A DNA stretch of 64,000 bases from Octopus sinensis (Eukaryota): the NCBI RefSeq assembly GCF_006345805.1, contig NC_042998.1:60450001-60514000 (forward strand), in the 5' to 3' direction. The notes under the pieces were generated by a model. It ran no database searches and was not told the origin of the DNA. It saw only the letters and a list, made by a program, of their open reading frames with translations. A program made the translations under genes and the position numbers. Positions 1-13,253 of this stretch are shown here, in pieces (positions within the stretch are counted from its first letter, which is position 1; each line of letters opens with the position of its first letter).

Positions 1-173
1 ACACCTGCGTTAACTCCATTTTTTTATTCATATTATTAAAAATATTCAATGTAAACACGAAGTTTCTACCTTTATAAACAAGGAGTTACAACACCTTTAC
101 TTGTGAGATTTTTGCTGCCCTGGTAACTATTTATTTATTTTCCGTGTTAATTGTTAACAAGGTAAAATACACT

Positions 174-224
<51 letters not shown>

Positions 225-1517
225 AATAAATAAAATATATGCATATATACATAAAATATATGTACGTACCTACCTCTACATGTATATATACATGCATATA
301 TGGGTACAGGACACCAAAAAAACATCGAACACAATGAGAAACGAAAACATAAACACAAAACCAAAGAAATGGACATTTTTTTAAAACAACGAAAAAATAG
401 AGTACAGGACATACAAAACAAAGAAAATTCCCCTTCTTCAGTCGCTTTAATTTCAACTAGTCCGAGGAGTTGAAAAGTAGAAATGAAATAATGTAATCCG
501 TTAAGGAAAATATATACACATTCTCTGATTCAATACTTGTAGCAGTGAAATAAACGGTGTGATGTAGAGAACAAAAAGAGGATACTTTTCCAGAAAATTA
601 CTTCTTATATAGGAAGCCAGCCAAGTCTAGAAATTAACGCAAAAAATACAGTAAGTCGAAAATATCTTATTGATGGATGCAAATACCTGGAGATATAATT
701 TATTTCTTAAGGTTCCCTTCAATGCTGTGAAGTACCAAATTGCTCTAATCAGCAGTAGCAAGAAACTGCAGAGGGAACTAGCCAGAGATTTCATCACCTT
801 CGTTCGTTCAGGACAGTAGCTCCGCTTGAAGAAAGTTTCTATGAACGATGAAAACTGGAACGAGTTTCGGAAGGTGACTGCAGATTTGTCAGGTTGTCAA
901 AGAATCTTCCCCATTGCAGTTACGCAGAAACCAGATACTGAAGAAAAGAAAATGGCTAATCTTGTCGACGACTTCTTATGAAGATAACATGGACGCCACT
1001 TGACTGATACGAATATTTTGAGAAAGGTGAAGAGGCAAGCTGAAAAGTAGAACATAATCCAATCAAATTTGGATGCAGAGGATACCTTCGAAGCGGTATG
1101 AGACAATGGTTGTTGTCGATAGTCCTAACTTAGCCTAAAACAAATACGATCTTGAGTGATATTCAAGCTACATTTCAGTAGACAAGTCACTCTAATGTAG
1201 CTTGGTTAATAAGCTTGGATGTGGTTAAAAAGAAACGATGATCATTGGCTAGAAGAATGAGTGAAGCCGCTAACCTGTTGTAGCAAGTGATGCCTCATCT
1301 CAGTGAGGGTAACCGATGTGCAGCAATGCTGTCGAAGGGAAGGTCTCGAAACGGTGGGCATTCGTTTATCATGACCCTCTAAGTCTGTGAGTGTCCGATA
1401 TGCAGAACGTTCAACTAGTAGCTCTCGTATCTGCAATTTGTTTGTAACATTTAAATTTACAATATTTTCGGCTTCTGTTACTTTCGATGTTAATTTCTAA
1501 ACTCCGGCAACTTTCTA

Positions 1518-2513
1518 TTAGTTTGGCAACTAAGTTCCCGTCGTTTTTTTTAATTTAAATTTTTTTCAAGATTTAATGAAATATAACAACTAATTAATAA
1601 TGTTTCACCCTTGTTGTTTACAACTTCCCAACGTTCAACAAGATTTTTCAATACCTCGCTGGTAGAAATCATCCGATTTCGACTCGAAAAATTGATCCAA
1701 CCAAGCTCTCAATTCTGCATCGGTATTGAACGAAACTCTGCGTATAGCATTTGAAAGAGGTCGAAAGAGATGGAAATCCATTGTTGTCAAATCAAGAGAG
1801 AACGGCAGGTGTGCTAGCACTTCCCAGCCATGCGTTTGAATGGCTTCCTTTGTCATTTTGGCGATATGAGGGCAGGCGTTGTCGTGCAGCAGAAATCCAT
1901 GCTTCCGATTAGGTCTTTTCTCTTGAATAGCCGTGTTGAGTGGCTTCCTTTGTTGAACATAGAGTTCCGCGTTGACCGTTTGGTTCCGTTCAAGCAGTTC
2001 GTAATGGATAATCCCTTCCCAGTCCCACCATACGCACAACATCGTTTTACGCGGACGAAGATCCTGTTCACACGCCAGTTCCCTTGACGTTTGACGAGAA
2101 TTTTCGTGCAAAAGTTGGTTTAATCGCTCTTCATCGAACTCAACTGGACGGCCAGAACGAGGTGCGTGTTTAAGGTCAAAATTTCCATCTTTGAACTTAG
2201 CATGCCAATCACGAGCGGTTCTTTCAGCTATGGCACCCTCTCCATACACAGCACAAATGTCGCGAACAGCTTTTGCGGTTTTAGAACCTTGATTAAAAGC
2301 AAAAAGAAGGAGGTGTCGAAAATGCTCGCATTTCTTAACTTAACATTCCAATTTAATGATCTGAAAATAAACAAAAATTAACTAGAATAAAAAAGAAAAT
2401 AGATTCCAAAATGATTCAAAAATAGAATTCTCGAAAAAAGTAGATTCCAAAATTTAAAAACGCAATAAATTCCAAAATTTAAAAAAACGGCGGGAACTTA
2501 GTTGCCAACCCAA
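1518..2513 (-). mobile_element. Mariner (DD34D, mellifera-like subfamily) with both TIRs and an in-frame internal deletion; non-autonomous
   Basis: TIRs ttagtttggcaactaagttcccgtcgtttt (from 1518) and revcomp ttgggttggcaactaagttcccgccgtttt (to 2513), flanked by TA. Transposase remnant EHFRHLLLFAF..VYGE..RSGRP..MLCVWWD..HDNACPH..MDFHLFR. The WVPHEL motif and first catalytic Asp region are absent. Confidence 0.93.
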
Positions 2514-3119
2514 TATATAAGCAGTAATTTTCTAAGATTTCCCCTTTTTGCTCCTCGTTGATGACACCATCACACCTATTAATTCACCATTACAAATCTT
2601 GGAAGCATGAATTTGAGTATATTTCTTTTAATAAATGACATTATTGAATTTTATGCTGCCCTATCGTTTAGATTCTTTTTGTTAGTCTGTTTCTGTTTGA
2701 ATCAGGGTTGTGGAGTCATCTAAAGGCTGACTCTACTCAGAAGGCTGTAATATCATATGATAGGAACACGTTACAAAGAAATACATAAGACAAAGTTGTA
2801 ACCTTAAATACTTTTAATGTCGGCCTCACATATATATACAAGCTGAATAGTAAATGGAAATGGTTTGATGCATGGAGGCCATGGTCTTCTGTGCGTTGCC
2901 TCCTGTTTACTAGTCACCGCGTATCGTGAGAGAGCCAACTAGATCATATCCTTGCTCTACGACGTCAAGATGCCAAAAGAGGAAGAGGTGAGTGTCTGAA
3001 CATTTAATGTTGCGTATGCCCTCTGCTGGCCAGCTAATTAGGCAGCCGCCGTCAGGGGTGGTAACTGCGCCTACATCTTTATTATACACACACACATATG
3101 TGTGTATACACACATACAA

Positions 3120-3150
<31 letters not shown>

Positions 3151-4389
3151 TATAAATATGTATATGCATAGATATACATGTGTCCGAAATCTTGGGATTC
3201 ATCCCCAGAGCAAGAGTTTTCTAAAATACACAAAGAAATCTACTAAAGCCAGTATGAGCCCTGAACAAACATATTCGGTTTTGCACATATCTCTCCTGTA
3301 GCAGGTCTAACATCACCTCAGCATTCTTTATGCTTACAGTAAGTAATCTCAAAAGCAGTAGAATTACGGAAGAAGTTCATTATTTTCTGAGTGTATTATT
3401 CTAAGTGAACCACAACAATACAACCGTTCGTATGCAATATATCTCCAACAATATTAATAACTTAAAGATTGAGAAAGCTTCATATATTTCAATGATATAT
3501 ACCTTCTATACTTCTAGCATTGAAGGCGTGTGTGTATTTAACATCAGTTGCAAGTCTTTTACACCTGACACAGATGTGCTGGGAAAACAGTAGTCTTTCT
3601 TAATATGGAAACCCGTTCTATCAAGTTCCATATGCCACTGGTTAATCGTGTCATCCGTCTTAATGATTTCGGTATACTGAAATCATTAAGACTGTATAGA
3701 GAATTAGGTGTATCATGATGTCACAAAAACGGCTTTTAGCATTTAAACCGGCCATATCAGGCCCAAAAGTTCTACCTGGGTTATATTCAAACTGACCTGA
3801 TCCAGCCTCTCACACGTACCCTAGAATGCCATTCTAAAAATAAAGAATCACGTCATCAAAATCTCAAAGCTATAAGATGCTAATGATTAATTAAAAATTT
3901 TTGAATAAGTATTACATTTGACAGAGTATTCTAGATGCTAGAAGATTAACAATGAGTTTATTAGGAACGTTTCGCATTGAATAGAAATAAATGCTGCTCT
4001 ATAATTAGGAAAAGTAGCTCGTAGTTTGAGAAAATTTTAATTGCATACCTAAAAGTGAAACATAATGCCTGATAACCGTGTAATGTTGACACTCTACTTG
4101 TTAAAGAAGCCGGAAATAACGTCGCCTGTACATTCACTTTTAAAAACCTGACTAGTAATCCAGAACAGATTAGCATGAGACGCTTATACGCATACAGCTC
4201 CAACGGTACCAACAGAGAACTGGTGTATTTTAAGTTTAGATATGAACTCATTTGAACTAAAGTACAGTTTGGATGAATGATACGAGAGCACAGATGCTGT
4301 TGGTGTGTTTCATAACGAAATAGTGCTACAATTTTGGCCAAAACAAAAAGGATATGCGTTGCTGTGTGGTAAGAAGCTTACTTCCCAAC

Positions 4390-4445
<56 letters not shown>

Positions 4446-4584
4446 GCGTGTGTGTGTGTGTGTATTTATGTTTGTCCTCCACCATTGCTGGTGTATTTAC
4501 GTCCCCGTAACTTAGCGATTCGGCAAAAGAGACCAATAGAACAAGTCCAGGCTTTTATAAAAAAAAAAGTACTAGGGTGAATTC

Positions 4585-4739
4585 CTTACATTATTTATAT
4601 TTGACGGATATTTGTCCTCCTCATGTTTGCTGTTAACACAACGTTTCGGCTAATATACCGTATATATATCGCATATGGCGTAGTGGTTAAGAGAGCGGAC
4701 TACTAACCCCAAGATTCCGAGTTTGATTCCAGGCAGTGA

Positions 4740-4804
<65 letters not shown>

Positions 4805-4976
4805 TCGAAAAGTACCTTACGAATGAGAATCCAGGTTCGAAATTTCCCCCAAGACACCTGATGAAGGCTGGAGTGTATATTAGCCGAAACGTTGTGTTAA
4901 CAATAAACAGAATGAGGACAAATATCCGTCAAATGTAAATAATGTACATAATTCCTCATCTCTTAAATATAGAACT
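4585..4976 (+). mobile_element. tRNA-headed non-autonomous retroelement with hammerhead-bearing PLE-type tail, inverted 5' duplication and 10-bp TSD
   Basis: TSD gggtgaattc at 4575-4584 and 4977-4986. Inverted arms at 4587-4658 and 4875-4946. Box A TGGCGTAGTGG at 4676-4686 and box B GAGTTTGATTCC at 4719-4730, followed by (AAT)n and a hammerhead at 4853-4898. Confidence 0.8.
4853..4898 (+). ncRNA. Minimal type I hammerhead ribozyme motif
   Basis: gacac-CTGATGA-a-ggctg..ttagcc-GAAA-cg-TT-gtgtt. Stem I gacac/gtgtt, stem II ggct/agcc, and palindromic ACGT in place of stem III. Confidence 0.7.
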
Positions 4977-5261
4977 GGGTGAATTCATTCGACAAAAATT
5001 TCTCCAAGACGTTTCCCCAGCATGACTTGTTTCAGTCTAATGACTAAACAAGTAAAACATAAATAGTCAAATAAATGAAATAAAAATCAAGATTAGGGAA
5101 GGGGAGGGGCACCAGAGAAATGGTAAATGGTTCACAGTACAGAAGAAATCATTTTAAATTTACCAAATCCGTTACAGACATATGTCTGCAATGGGAAAAT
5201 GTTTACACTCGAATTCGAGTTGACGATCACCGGATAAAAATATGCGTACATGTGGTGTGTG

Positions 5262-5426
5262 CACTAGCGTAGCTAAGAGTGGGGTGGTAGAGGCGGTCCA
5301 CCCCGGGCGGCACTTTTAAAGGGGAACCACTTTGGGGTCTGTTATAGGCAATATGTGTTTTTGTGGGTCCGGGGGCAGCAAACGGAAGGCCCTCCCGGGG
5401 CGGCACACACTCTAGATACGCTAGTC
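5262..5426. mobile_element. 165-bp hAT-like MITE
   Basis: Imperfect TIRs cactagcgtagctaagagt / actctagatacgctagtc, with 8-bp TSD ggtgtgtg at 5254-5261 and 5427-5434. Confidence 0.8.
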
Positions 5427-5925
5427 GGTGTGTGCTGTGTGCTGTGTGCTGTGACATATCAAATAGGTAGGCAATAGTATCCACCGCTCCCCATAAGCAG
5501 ATTTTTCAAAATGAGCTTTTTTTCAATAATTCGTTTTTAATTTTTAGTCCACTTATGCGAAAAAGGTCGAATCTTTTTTTTTTATTATTATACAACCTTA
5601 GAAGAACTTTCTGGAGCCATTGCTTTACTTGACCAACTCCCCTTGTTTTTTTAATGTCAGCTCGATCTCCTGTGATGTGTTGGAGGACGCTGACATCTGG
5701 AGAACCTAAACAAAACCCTGAACGTTAGAACCTCTCCGCACTGGACGATCCCGTGAAGCTTATTTTTTTTTCTCGTCACACCAATATCAGTAGTTCTAAG
5801 TTTCATAAATAATTAAAAACGGTTTGGTATGTGTCACGGCGCCCTTTCTTTTATGTGCTCGCTTCCGCTAAATTCAGAACTCTGACAAGGCCTCTCTGTG
5901 TGTGTGTGTGTGTGTGTGTGCATGT

Positions 5926-5963
<38 letters not shown>

Positions 5964-5967
5964 ATGT

Positions 5968-6001
<34 letters not shown>

Positions 6002-7047
6002 TGTGTGTGTGTGTGTGTACACGCTCCAGCTTAACTGTCTTTAAATATCTGCTTTAGATAACACAGAATATAGAAAATACTTGCATAGTCTACTCGATAA
6101 GTATATGTACTAGACCTAAATATGTTTACAATATTATTAATGTAGCAAATAAAGTGTCTTTGTACTCTTGTTAGAATTTATCAAGTGTTTGTACGGAATA
6201 AGCTCTAAAATTCAATAACTGTTCATTTTCTAACATACAAAAGGTCGTAGGTGTAGTTGCATGAATAGGTTCAAGTAGCAATATGTAAATCATTAAAGTT
6301 GATAAGATATCAAGCTCACGAACAAAATGATTAGATCTTCATATCTGTTATATAGCACGCTGTTTCTGGCTGAAACATGTAAACAAACATCGAAAGAGCA
6401 TCTGCGTAATCACTCAACTTGCCAGAGGTGACAGTCAAATGTCTTTCACCTTCACAGTCTGAAAAACGAACAAGAAAGCGGACTGGTAAATGTCATCATA
6501 GATAGGTTAAAAGACGGCGATGTCATGGTTGAGAACCTTTTGTCAAAGATCTGTTCAATCAAGGCTGACATAAGGCTGAACAGTAAATCTCTGTAAGCAG
6601 CTGGTATGTTGTATAATTAGCAAATATTGTAGGTACGATCTGTACTGATTTACTAAAACCGCTGACTTTTATATTTTCTAATAAGCAGACGTTTGTCTGA
6701 CAATCGGAATTGATTGATGAACGGAACCTATCTAATCATAGTATTAAAACATTACTGACCTCTCTATTTACTGTCTTGTTGAGATTCTAATATTGGCTCC
6801 TCCCACTTAAATTTGGGTACGTCTAATACAGTGCAGGTCTTCTTCTTCAAGAGAAATAGCCAATTTATCTTTCAGTTATGATTAAATGGTTGTGGAGCTT
6901 ATATTGTAATATACACTACATAATACACATAACTATATCAATATTTTCATCATGTCTCCATAGATTATGTTTGATTTCTTAACCACATGTTGAAACAATT
7001 GTAACTATAGAATAAACATAATTCCAATTACACTCTGTTCTTCACTC

Positions 7048-7080
<33 letters not shown>

Positions 7081-7082
<2 letters not shown>

Positions 7083-7441
7083 AGGCGCAATGACCCAGTT
7101 GTTAAGGCAGCGGACTCACGGTCATAGAATCGCGGTTTCAATTTCCTGACCGGGTGTTGTGAGTGTTTATTGAGCGAAAACTCTTTGAGCACAACGAGGC
7201 TCCGGCAGGGGGGAGGGCAACGCTGCTGTACTCTTTCACCACAACTTTCTCTCCTTCTTTCTTCCTCTTTCTGCTGTACGTGTATTTCTAAGGGCCAGCC
7301 TCAGTGTCATGCTGAATCTCCCCGAGAACTACATAAAGGGTATACGTGTCTATGGCTCAGCCACTTGCATGTTAATTTCACGAGCAGGTTGTCGCGTTAA
7401 TTGAATCAACTGGAACCTACGTCGTCGTACACGAGGGAGTA

Positions 7442-7444
<3 letters not shown>
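7081..7444 (+). mobile_element. tRNA-derived SINE family C
   Basis: Head ggaggcgcaatgacccagttgttaagg..ggtttcaatttcc is shared with the 21556 copy. It lies between (TG)n and (TA)n. Confidence 0.8.
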
Positions 7445-7498
<54 letters not shown>

Positions 7499-7499
<1 letters not shown>

Positions 7500-8290
7500 C
7501 ACACCCATAAATACATACACCTATACACACACGCCTACACACATACATACACACATACATAAACACACACACATACACATACATACGCACACACACATAT
7601 ACTTACACACATGCACACACACATACATACATACATACATACACCTATACACACACGCCTACACACCTACATACACACACATGCATACACACACATACAC
7701 GGACACACCCATACATACTTACATACATACACCTATACACACACGCCTACACACCTACATACACACACATGCATACACACACACACATGTACGCACATAC
7801 ATATATACCTACACACATGCACACACACACACACATGCATGCATGCATGCACACGCGCAGTACGCATACATGCATACATGCATACACACACACACACGCA
7901 CGTACACATACATACATACACACACACATACATACACCCATACACATACATGCATCCTACACACACAGACATACACACTCACACATACATACACACACAC
8001 ACACTCACTCACACACCTGCATGTACGCGCACACACATGCACATACACACACTTCCACACACACACACGTACATACATACACACTCATACACATACACAC
8101 ACACACACACACACGGACATACATCTATACACACACATATGCACACACATACTTACATACATTCATCGGACACACTGACACCCAGACATACACACAGACA
8201 CACTCACACATCCACACACACACATACTTACACACACACTCGCAGGCGCGCGCACATACACGCTTGTGCGCGTTCGCGCACGCATACACG
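7499..8290. repeat. Long degenerate (CA/TA)n low-complexity tract
   Basis: Continuous cacata/cacaca/cataca motifs; this is the source of the spurious His/Thr/Tyr ORFs. Confidence 0.9.
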
Positions 8291-8929
8291 CATGCATGCC
8301 CCACGCTCGTGGGTACCGACTAGATCTCCTGTTCGTATCTGGGGCTGGCGCGTGTCTTTGGGTTCTCCCACGCCTGTCGCCGCGGGACCACTCTTCCATC
8401 TTTCCCTCAGCTGCGGTTTTTTTCCTTAATACCCCCCCTTTTTGTACACACACGCACACACATACACACACCCACTCACACACACACATTTGCATATATA
8501 TACATTACACTTACACACACTTCAAATTTACTTGCCATACATACAACTACGCACACTGGACACACACACACACTACCACTCAACACACACACTGGCACGT
8601 TACATACGCCCCCACCCTTTCCCTCCTTCCCTTCTTCCCTCCTTCCTCCTTTTTTTACCACTGACCACTCACTTGAGACTTGCTATGTCAACTACTGTTC
8701 GCTCTACCACACACACTTACATACAGACGCACGCACTAACATATACATATATTTTTTGTTTTTTATCTCGCCTCACACACACATACACACACGCACACGC
8801 ACACACTCACACATACATACACATCATTTTGGTTACCAACCTTCCTGTCTCCACTCTTTTGGCTTTAAAAACCTACTTTGCCCTTGTTATCCAAAACTTC
8901 CGGCCTTTCAGCATGTGTACTTCGTAAAC

Positions 8930-9126
8930 ACCAGTCGCGTTTTTTTTCCCTCTGTTCGCCCACATCGGGATCTTTCTTTCTTCTTTCTTCCTTCTCTTAT
9001 GTTTCCGACGAAGAGCTCCGCTCGAAACGTCATACCCTCCTTCTTCCATTTTCCTGAGCGCCTAATAATAATAATACTGTAATTGTTCCACGTGTTTTTG
9101 TTTTTTCTGTTTTCCCGTTTGGATTA

Positions 9127-9130
<4 letters not shown>
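8930..9130 (+). mobile_element. PLE pseudo-LTR/3' tail with variant hammerhead (9001-9035)
   Basis: gttt-CCGACGA-a-gagc-tcc-gctc-GAAA-cg-TC-atac. Same family as 33808-33936 and 51734-51940; ends in (TA)n. Confidence 0.7.
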
Positions 9131-9210
<80 letters not shown>

Positions 9211-9358
9211 CATATATATATATATATATTATATATATATATATATATTATATATATAATATATATATATATATTATATATATATATATATATATAATAT
9301 ATATAATATATATACATATACATATACATATATATATATATATTTATTATATAGAAGG

Positions 9359-9409
9359 AGCTTCTACAGGACTAGAACTGTTTCATTCAAGAGAAATCTT
9401 CAGGAAGCT
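9359..9409 (-). ncRNA. Type I hammerhead ribozyme motif (left-arm copy)
   Basis: Reverse complement of the 12828-12878 motif. Confidence 0.65.
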
Positions 9410-9727
9410 AGTTAACAAGAATTGTATTGGCATTTATACATTTAGGCAGGTTTAAAGGGGTGTTGGTGGGGGACTTTTTGGGGGTAGGCATAGCGCAAAA
9501 AATCATACTTGGGGGAGTGGTCAAGGAGTCAGTGTTAAATTAGATAGGAGAATAAATAAAAAAATAAAAAATAAAAAATAAAAAATAAAAAATAAAAAAT
9601 AAAAAATAAAAAATAAAAAATAAAAAATAAAAATAAAAATATAAAAAAAAAAAAAAAAATAAAAATAAAAAAATAATAAAATAAAAAATAAAAAATAAAA
9701 TAATAAAATAAAAATAAAAATAAAAAT

Positions 9728-9771
<44 letters not shown>

Positions 9772-10664
9772 ATATATATATAAAGGGGGGAATAGAGTTT
9801 TAGGTAAATAAGGAGATGCTCACTTATACCTCTACACATACACACATATATATACACTCACACATACATATACATATCTACACATACACATATATATGTA
9901 TACATACACACACTCACTTGCATACACGTATACACACATGTATATATACACACACGACCACACATACATATACACACAGAAAAATATATATATATACACA
10001 AACACACACATACTCACATACACGCATACACACACAAATCCATACACACACATGCACACACAGCACACTAGTCCCTATATACACATATATACACATACAC
10101 ACATATATATACACACATATATATACACCCACACATACACATACATACACATATATATACATACATACACATACATATACACATATATATACATACACAT
10201 ATATATATATATATACACACATATATATACATATGTGTACCCATGCATACCTACACATACACACATATATATATACATATACAAATACAGACCCATTCCC
10301 TAATTTTAATTTTATTATCTTCGTTTATTACTTTTGTTATCTTTGGCCGCTTGGTCACAAACATCTTGGCTATGACAGCCAGACCATTTATCCGTCTACT
10401 GGAAAACAATTACTCATTCACTCACGCACACTCTTTAGCACGTACACTCACTCATTCGTACACTCATACGCATACACGCACGCACGCGTTATATTCATAC
10501 ATACATACATCTACATACATTCACGTATATACACATACGTACGCGTACCTACAGATTCATGTCTACACTCTTAGAAGGCTAGTCTATACATATACACCAA
10601 TAAATATAAATACACACACATACATGTACACCTACATACAAATACATACATGTACATACATATA

Positions 10665-10700
<36 letters not shown>

Positions 10701-10828
10701 CGCGTACCTACAGATTCATGTCTACACTCTTAGAAGGCTAGTCTATACATATACACCCATAAATATAAATACACACACATACATGTACACCTACATACAA
10801 ATACATACATGTACATACATACATACAT

Positions 10829-10930
<102 letters not shown>

Positions 10931-11098
10931 CACATACATATATTCATACTAACATGCATACTCAGAAAATAAGTAAATAGTAAATATATATACGCGCAGT
11001 TATTCATACATGCATACTCAAAAAATAAATATTAAGTATATGTACGTGCAGTTACCTATTATATAGACGGATACATAATATAATAAACTTACACACAT

Positions 11099-11153
<55 letters not shown>

Positions 11154-11220
11154 CCTATATACACACTATATATATATATAATATATACATACACACATAC
11201 ACCTACATATACACATACAC

Positions 11221-11287
<67 letters not shown>

Positions 11288-11593
11288 TACACATATATAT
11301 ACAACACACACACATACATATATATACATACTTACACATGTACATATAAATACACACATAGATAACTCTACGTACCTACACATACATAAACACACGAGCG
11401 TACGCGCATATGTACATATACATATACCATGCACACGCGTATATACATACATACATACACATACACACATGTATACACACACACTCACATACACATATAT
11501 ATACATACACATACATATACACATATATATATATATATGTATACATATATATATATTATATATATATATATATATATACACACACATATACAT

Positions 11594-11649
<56 letters not shown>

Positions 11650-12519
11650 TGTACATGTATGTATTTGTATGTAGGTGTACATGTATGTGTGTGTATTTAT
11701 ATTTATTGGTGTATATGTATAGACTAGCCTTCTAAGAGTGTAGACATGAATCTGTAGGTACGCGTACGTATGTGTATATACGTGAATGTATGTAGATGTA
11801 TGTATGTATGAATATAACGCGTGCGTGCGTGTATGCGTATGAGTGTACGAATGAGTGAGTGTACGTGCTAAAGAGTGTGCGTGAGTGAATGAGTAATTGT
11901 TTTCCAGTAGACGGATAAATGGTCTGGCTGTCATAGCCAAGATGTTTGTGACCAAGCGGCCAAAGATAACAAAAGTAATAAACGAAGATAATAAAATTAA
12001 AATTAGGGAATGGGTCTGTATTTGTATATGTATATATATATGTGTGTATGTGTAGGTATGCATGGGTACACATATGTATATATATGTGTATATATATATA
12101 TATATGTGTATGTATATATATGTGTATATGTATGTGTATGTATGTATATATATGTGTATGTATGTGTATGTGTGGGTGTATATATATGTGTGTATATATA
12201 TGTGTGTATGTGTATATATGTGTATATAGGGACTAGTGTGCTGTGTGTGCATGTGTGTGTATGGATTTGTGTGTATGCGTGTATGTGAGTATGTGTGTGT
12301 TTGTGTATATATATATTTTTCTGTGTGTATATGTATGTGTGGTCGTGTGTGTATATATACATGTGTGTATACGTGTATGCAAGTGAGTGTGTGTATGTAT
12401 ACATATATATGTGTATGTGTAGATATGTATATGTATGTGTGAGTGTATATATATGTGTGTATGTGTAGAGGTATAAGTGAGCATCTCCTTATTTACCTAA
12501 AACTCTATTCCCCCCTTTA

Positions 12520-12557
<38 letters not shown>

Positions 12558-12827
12558 ATTTTATTATTTTTTTTTTTTTTTTTTTTTATATTTTTATTTT
12601 TTATTTTTTATTTTCTATTTTTTATTTTTTATTTTTTATTTTTTATTTTTTATTTTTTATTTTTTATTTTTTATTTTTTATTTATTCTCCTATCTAATTT
12701 AACACTGACTCCTTGACCACTCCCCCAAGTATGATTTTTTGCGCTATGCCTACCCCCAAAAAGTCCCCCACCAACACCCCTTTAAACCTGCCTAAATGTA
12801 TAAATGCCAATACAATTCTTGTTAACT

Positions 12828-12878
12828 AGCTTCCTGAAGATTTCTCTTGAATGAAACAGTTCTAGTCCTGTAGAAGCT
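12828..12878 (+). ncRNA. Type I hammerhead ribozyme motif with full stem III
   Basis: agcttc-CTGAAGA-t-ttc(tctt)gaa-t-GAAA-cag(ttctagtc)ctg-TA-gaagct. Six-bp stem I and GUA cleavage triplet, with a U-U mismatch at the base of stem II. Confidence 0.7.
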
Positions 12879-12960
12879 CCTTCTATATAATAAATTAATT
12901 TTACTCTGCTATGTATTGAGTACCTTATTTACTGTGGTTAACCCGAATCAACCCGGACCT

Positions 12961-13015
<55 letters not shown>

Positions 13016-13084
13016 GAGTAAGCACATACATGCAAAACAAGGTTAAAAAAATAGTACTCGAATACCGAAGGTAGAGTAATATGC

Positions 13085-13128
<44 letters not shown>

Positions 13129-13153
13129 CAAAGCTGCAAAAGCACTACAAAAA

Positions 13154-13252
13154 TGCTACTCAGAGTTTCACGTTTCCGTTCGTCAAGCAGTTGCAATGAA
13201 GTATCTTGATCAAGATTCTGCCCGACGAACGGGAATGTAAAACTCTGAGTAA
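13154..13252. ncRNA. Divergent pair of hammerhead-like motifs in a fold-back PLE tail
   Basis: Minus strand 13154-13190 reads tgc-TTGACGA-acg(gaaa)cgt-GAAA-ctc-t-gag-TA-gca. A degenerate plus copy at 13218-13252 has CCGACGA. Confidence 0.55.
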
Positions 13253-13253
13253 C

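Larger units (their letters stand above)
4355..5060 (+). mobile_element. tRNA-derived SINE family B (internal microsatellite), split by the 4585-4976 insertion
   Basis: Head gctgtgtggtaagaagcttacttcccaaccaca and body cgtccccgtaacttagcgattcggcaaaagagacc. The tail resumes at 4977 and matches the copies at 36175 and 46791. Confidence 0.7.

Noticed and set aside
410-470. CTGAAGA on the minus strand in a TA-flanked repeat tail
   Set aside because: No downstream GAAA or pairing stems, so no hammerhead can be drawn.
3729-3948. Possible piggyBac-like MITE (tttagcat..atgctaga..ttaa)
   Set aside because: The ends are too degraded to confirm TIRs or a TTAA duplication.
4668-4742. Possible tRNA-Ser gene
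   Set aside because: The stems are imperfect and it is embedded in a TSD-flanked repeat; treated as a SINE head.
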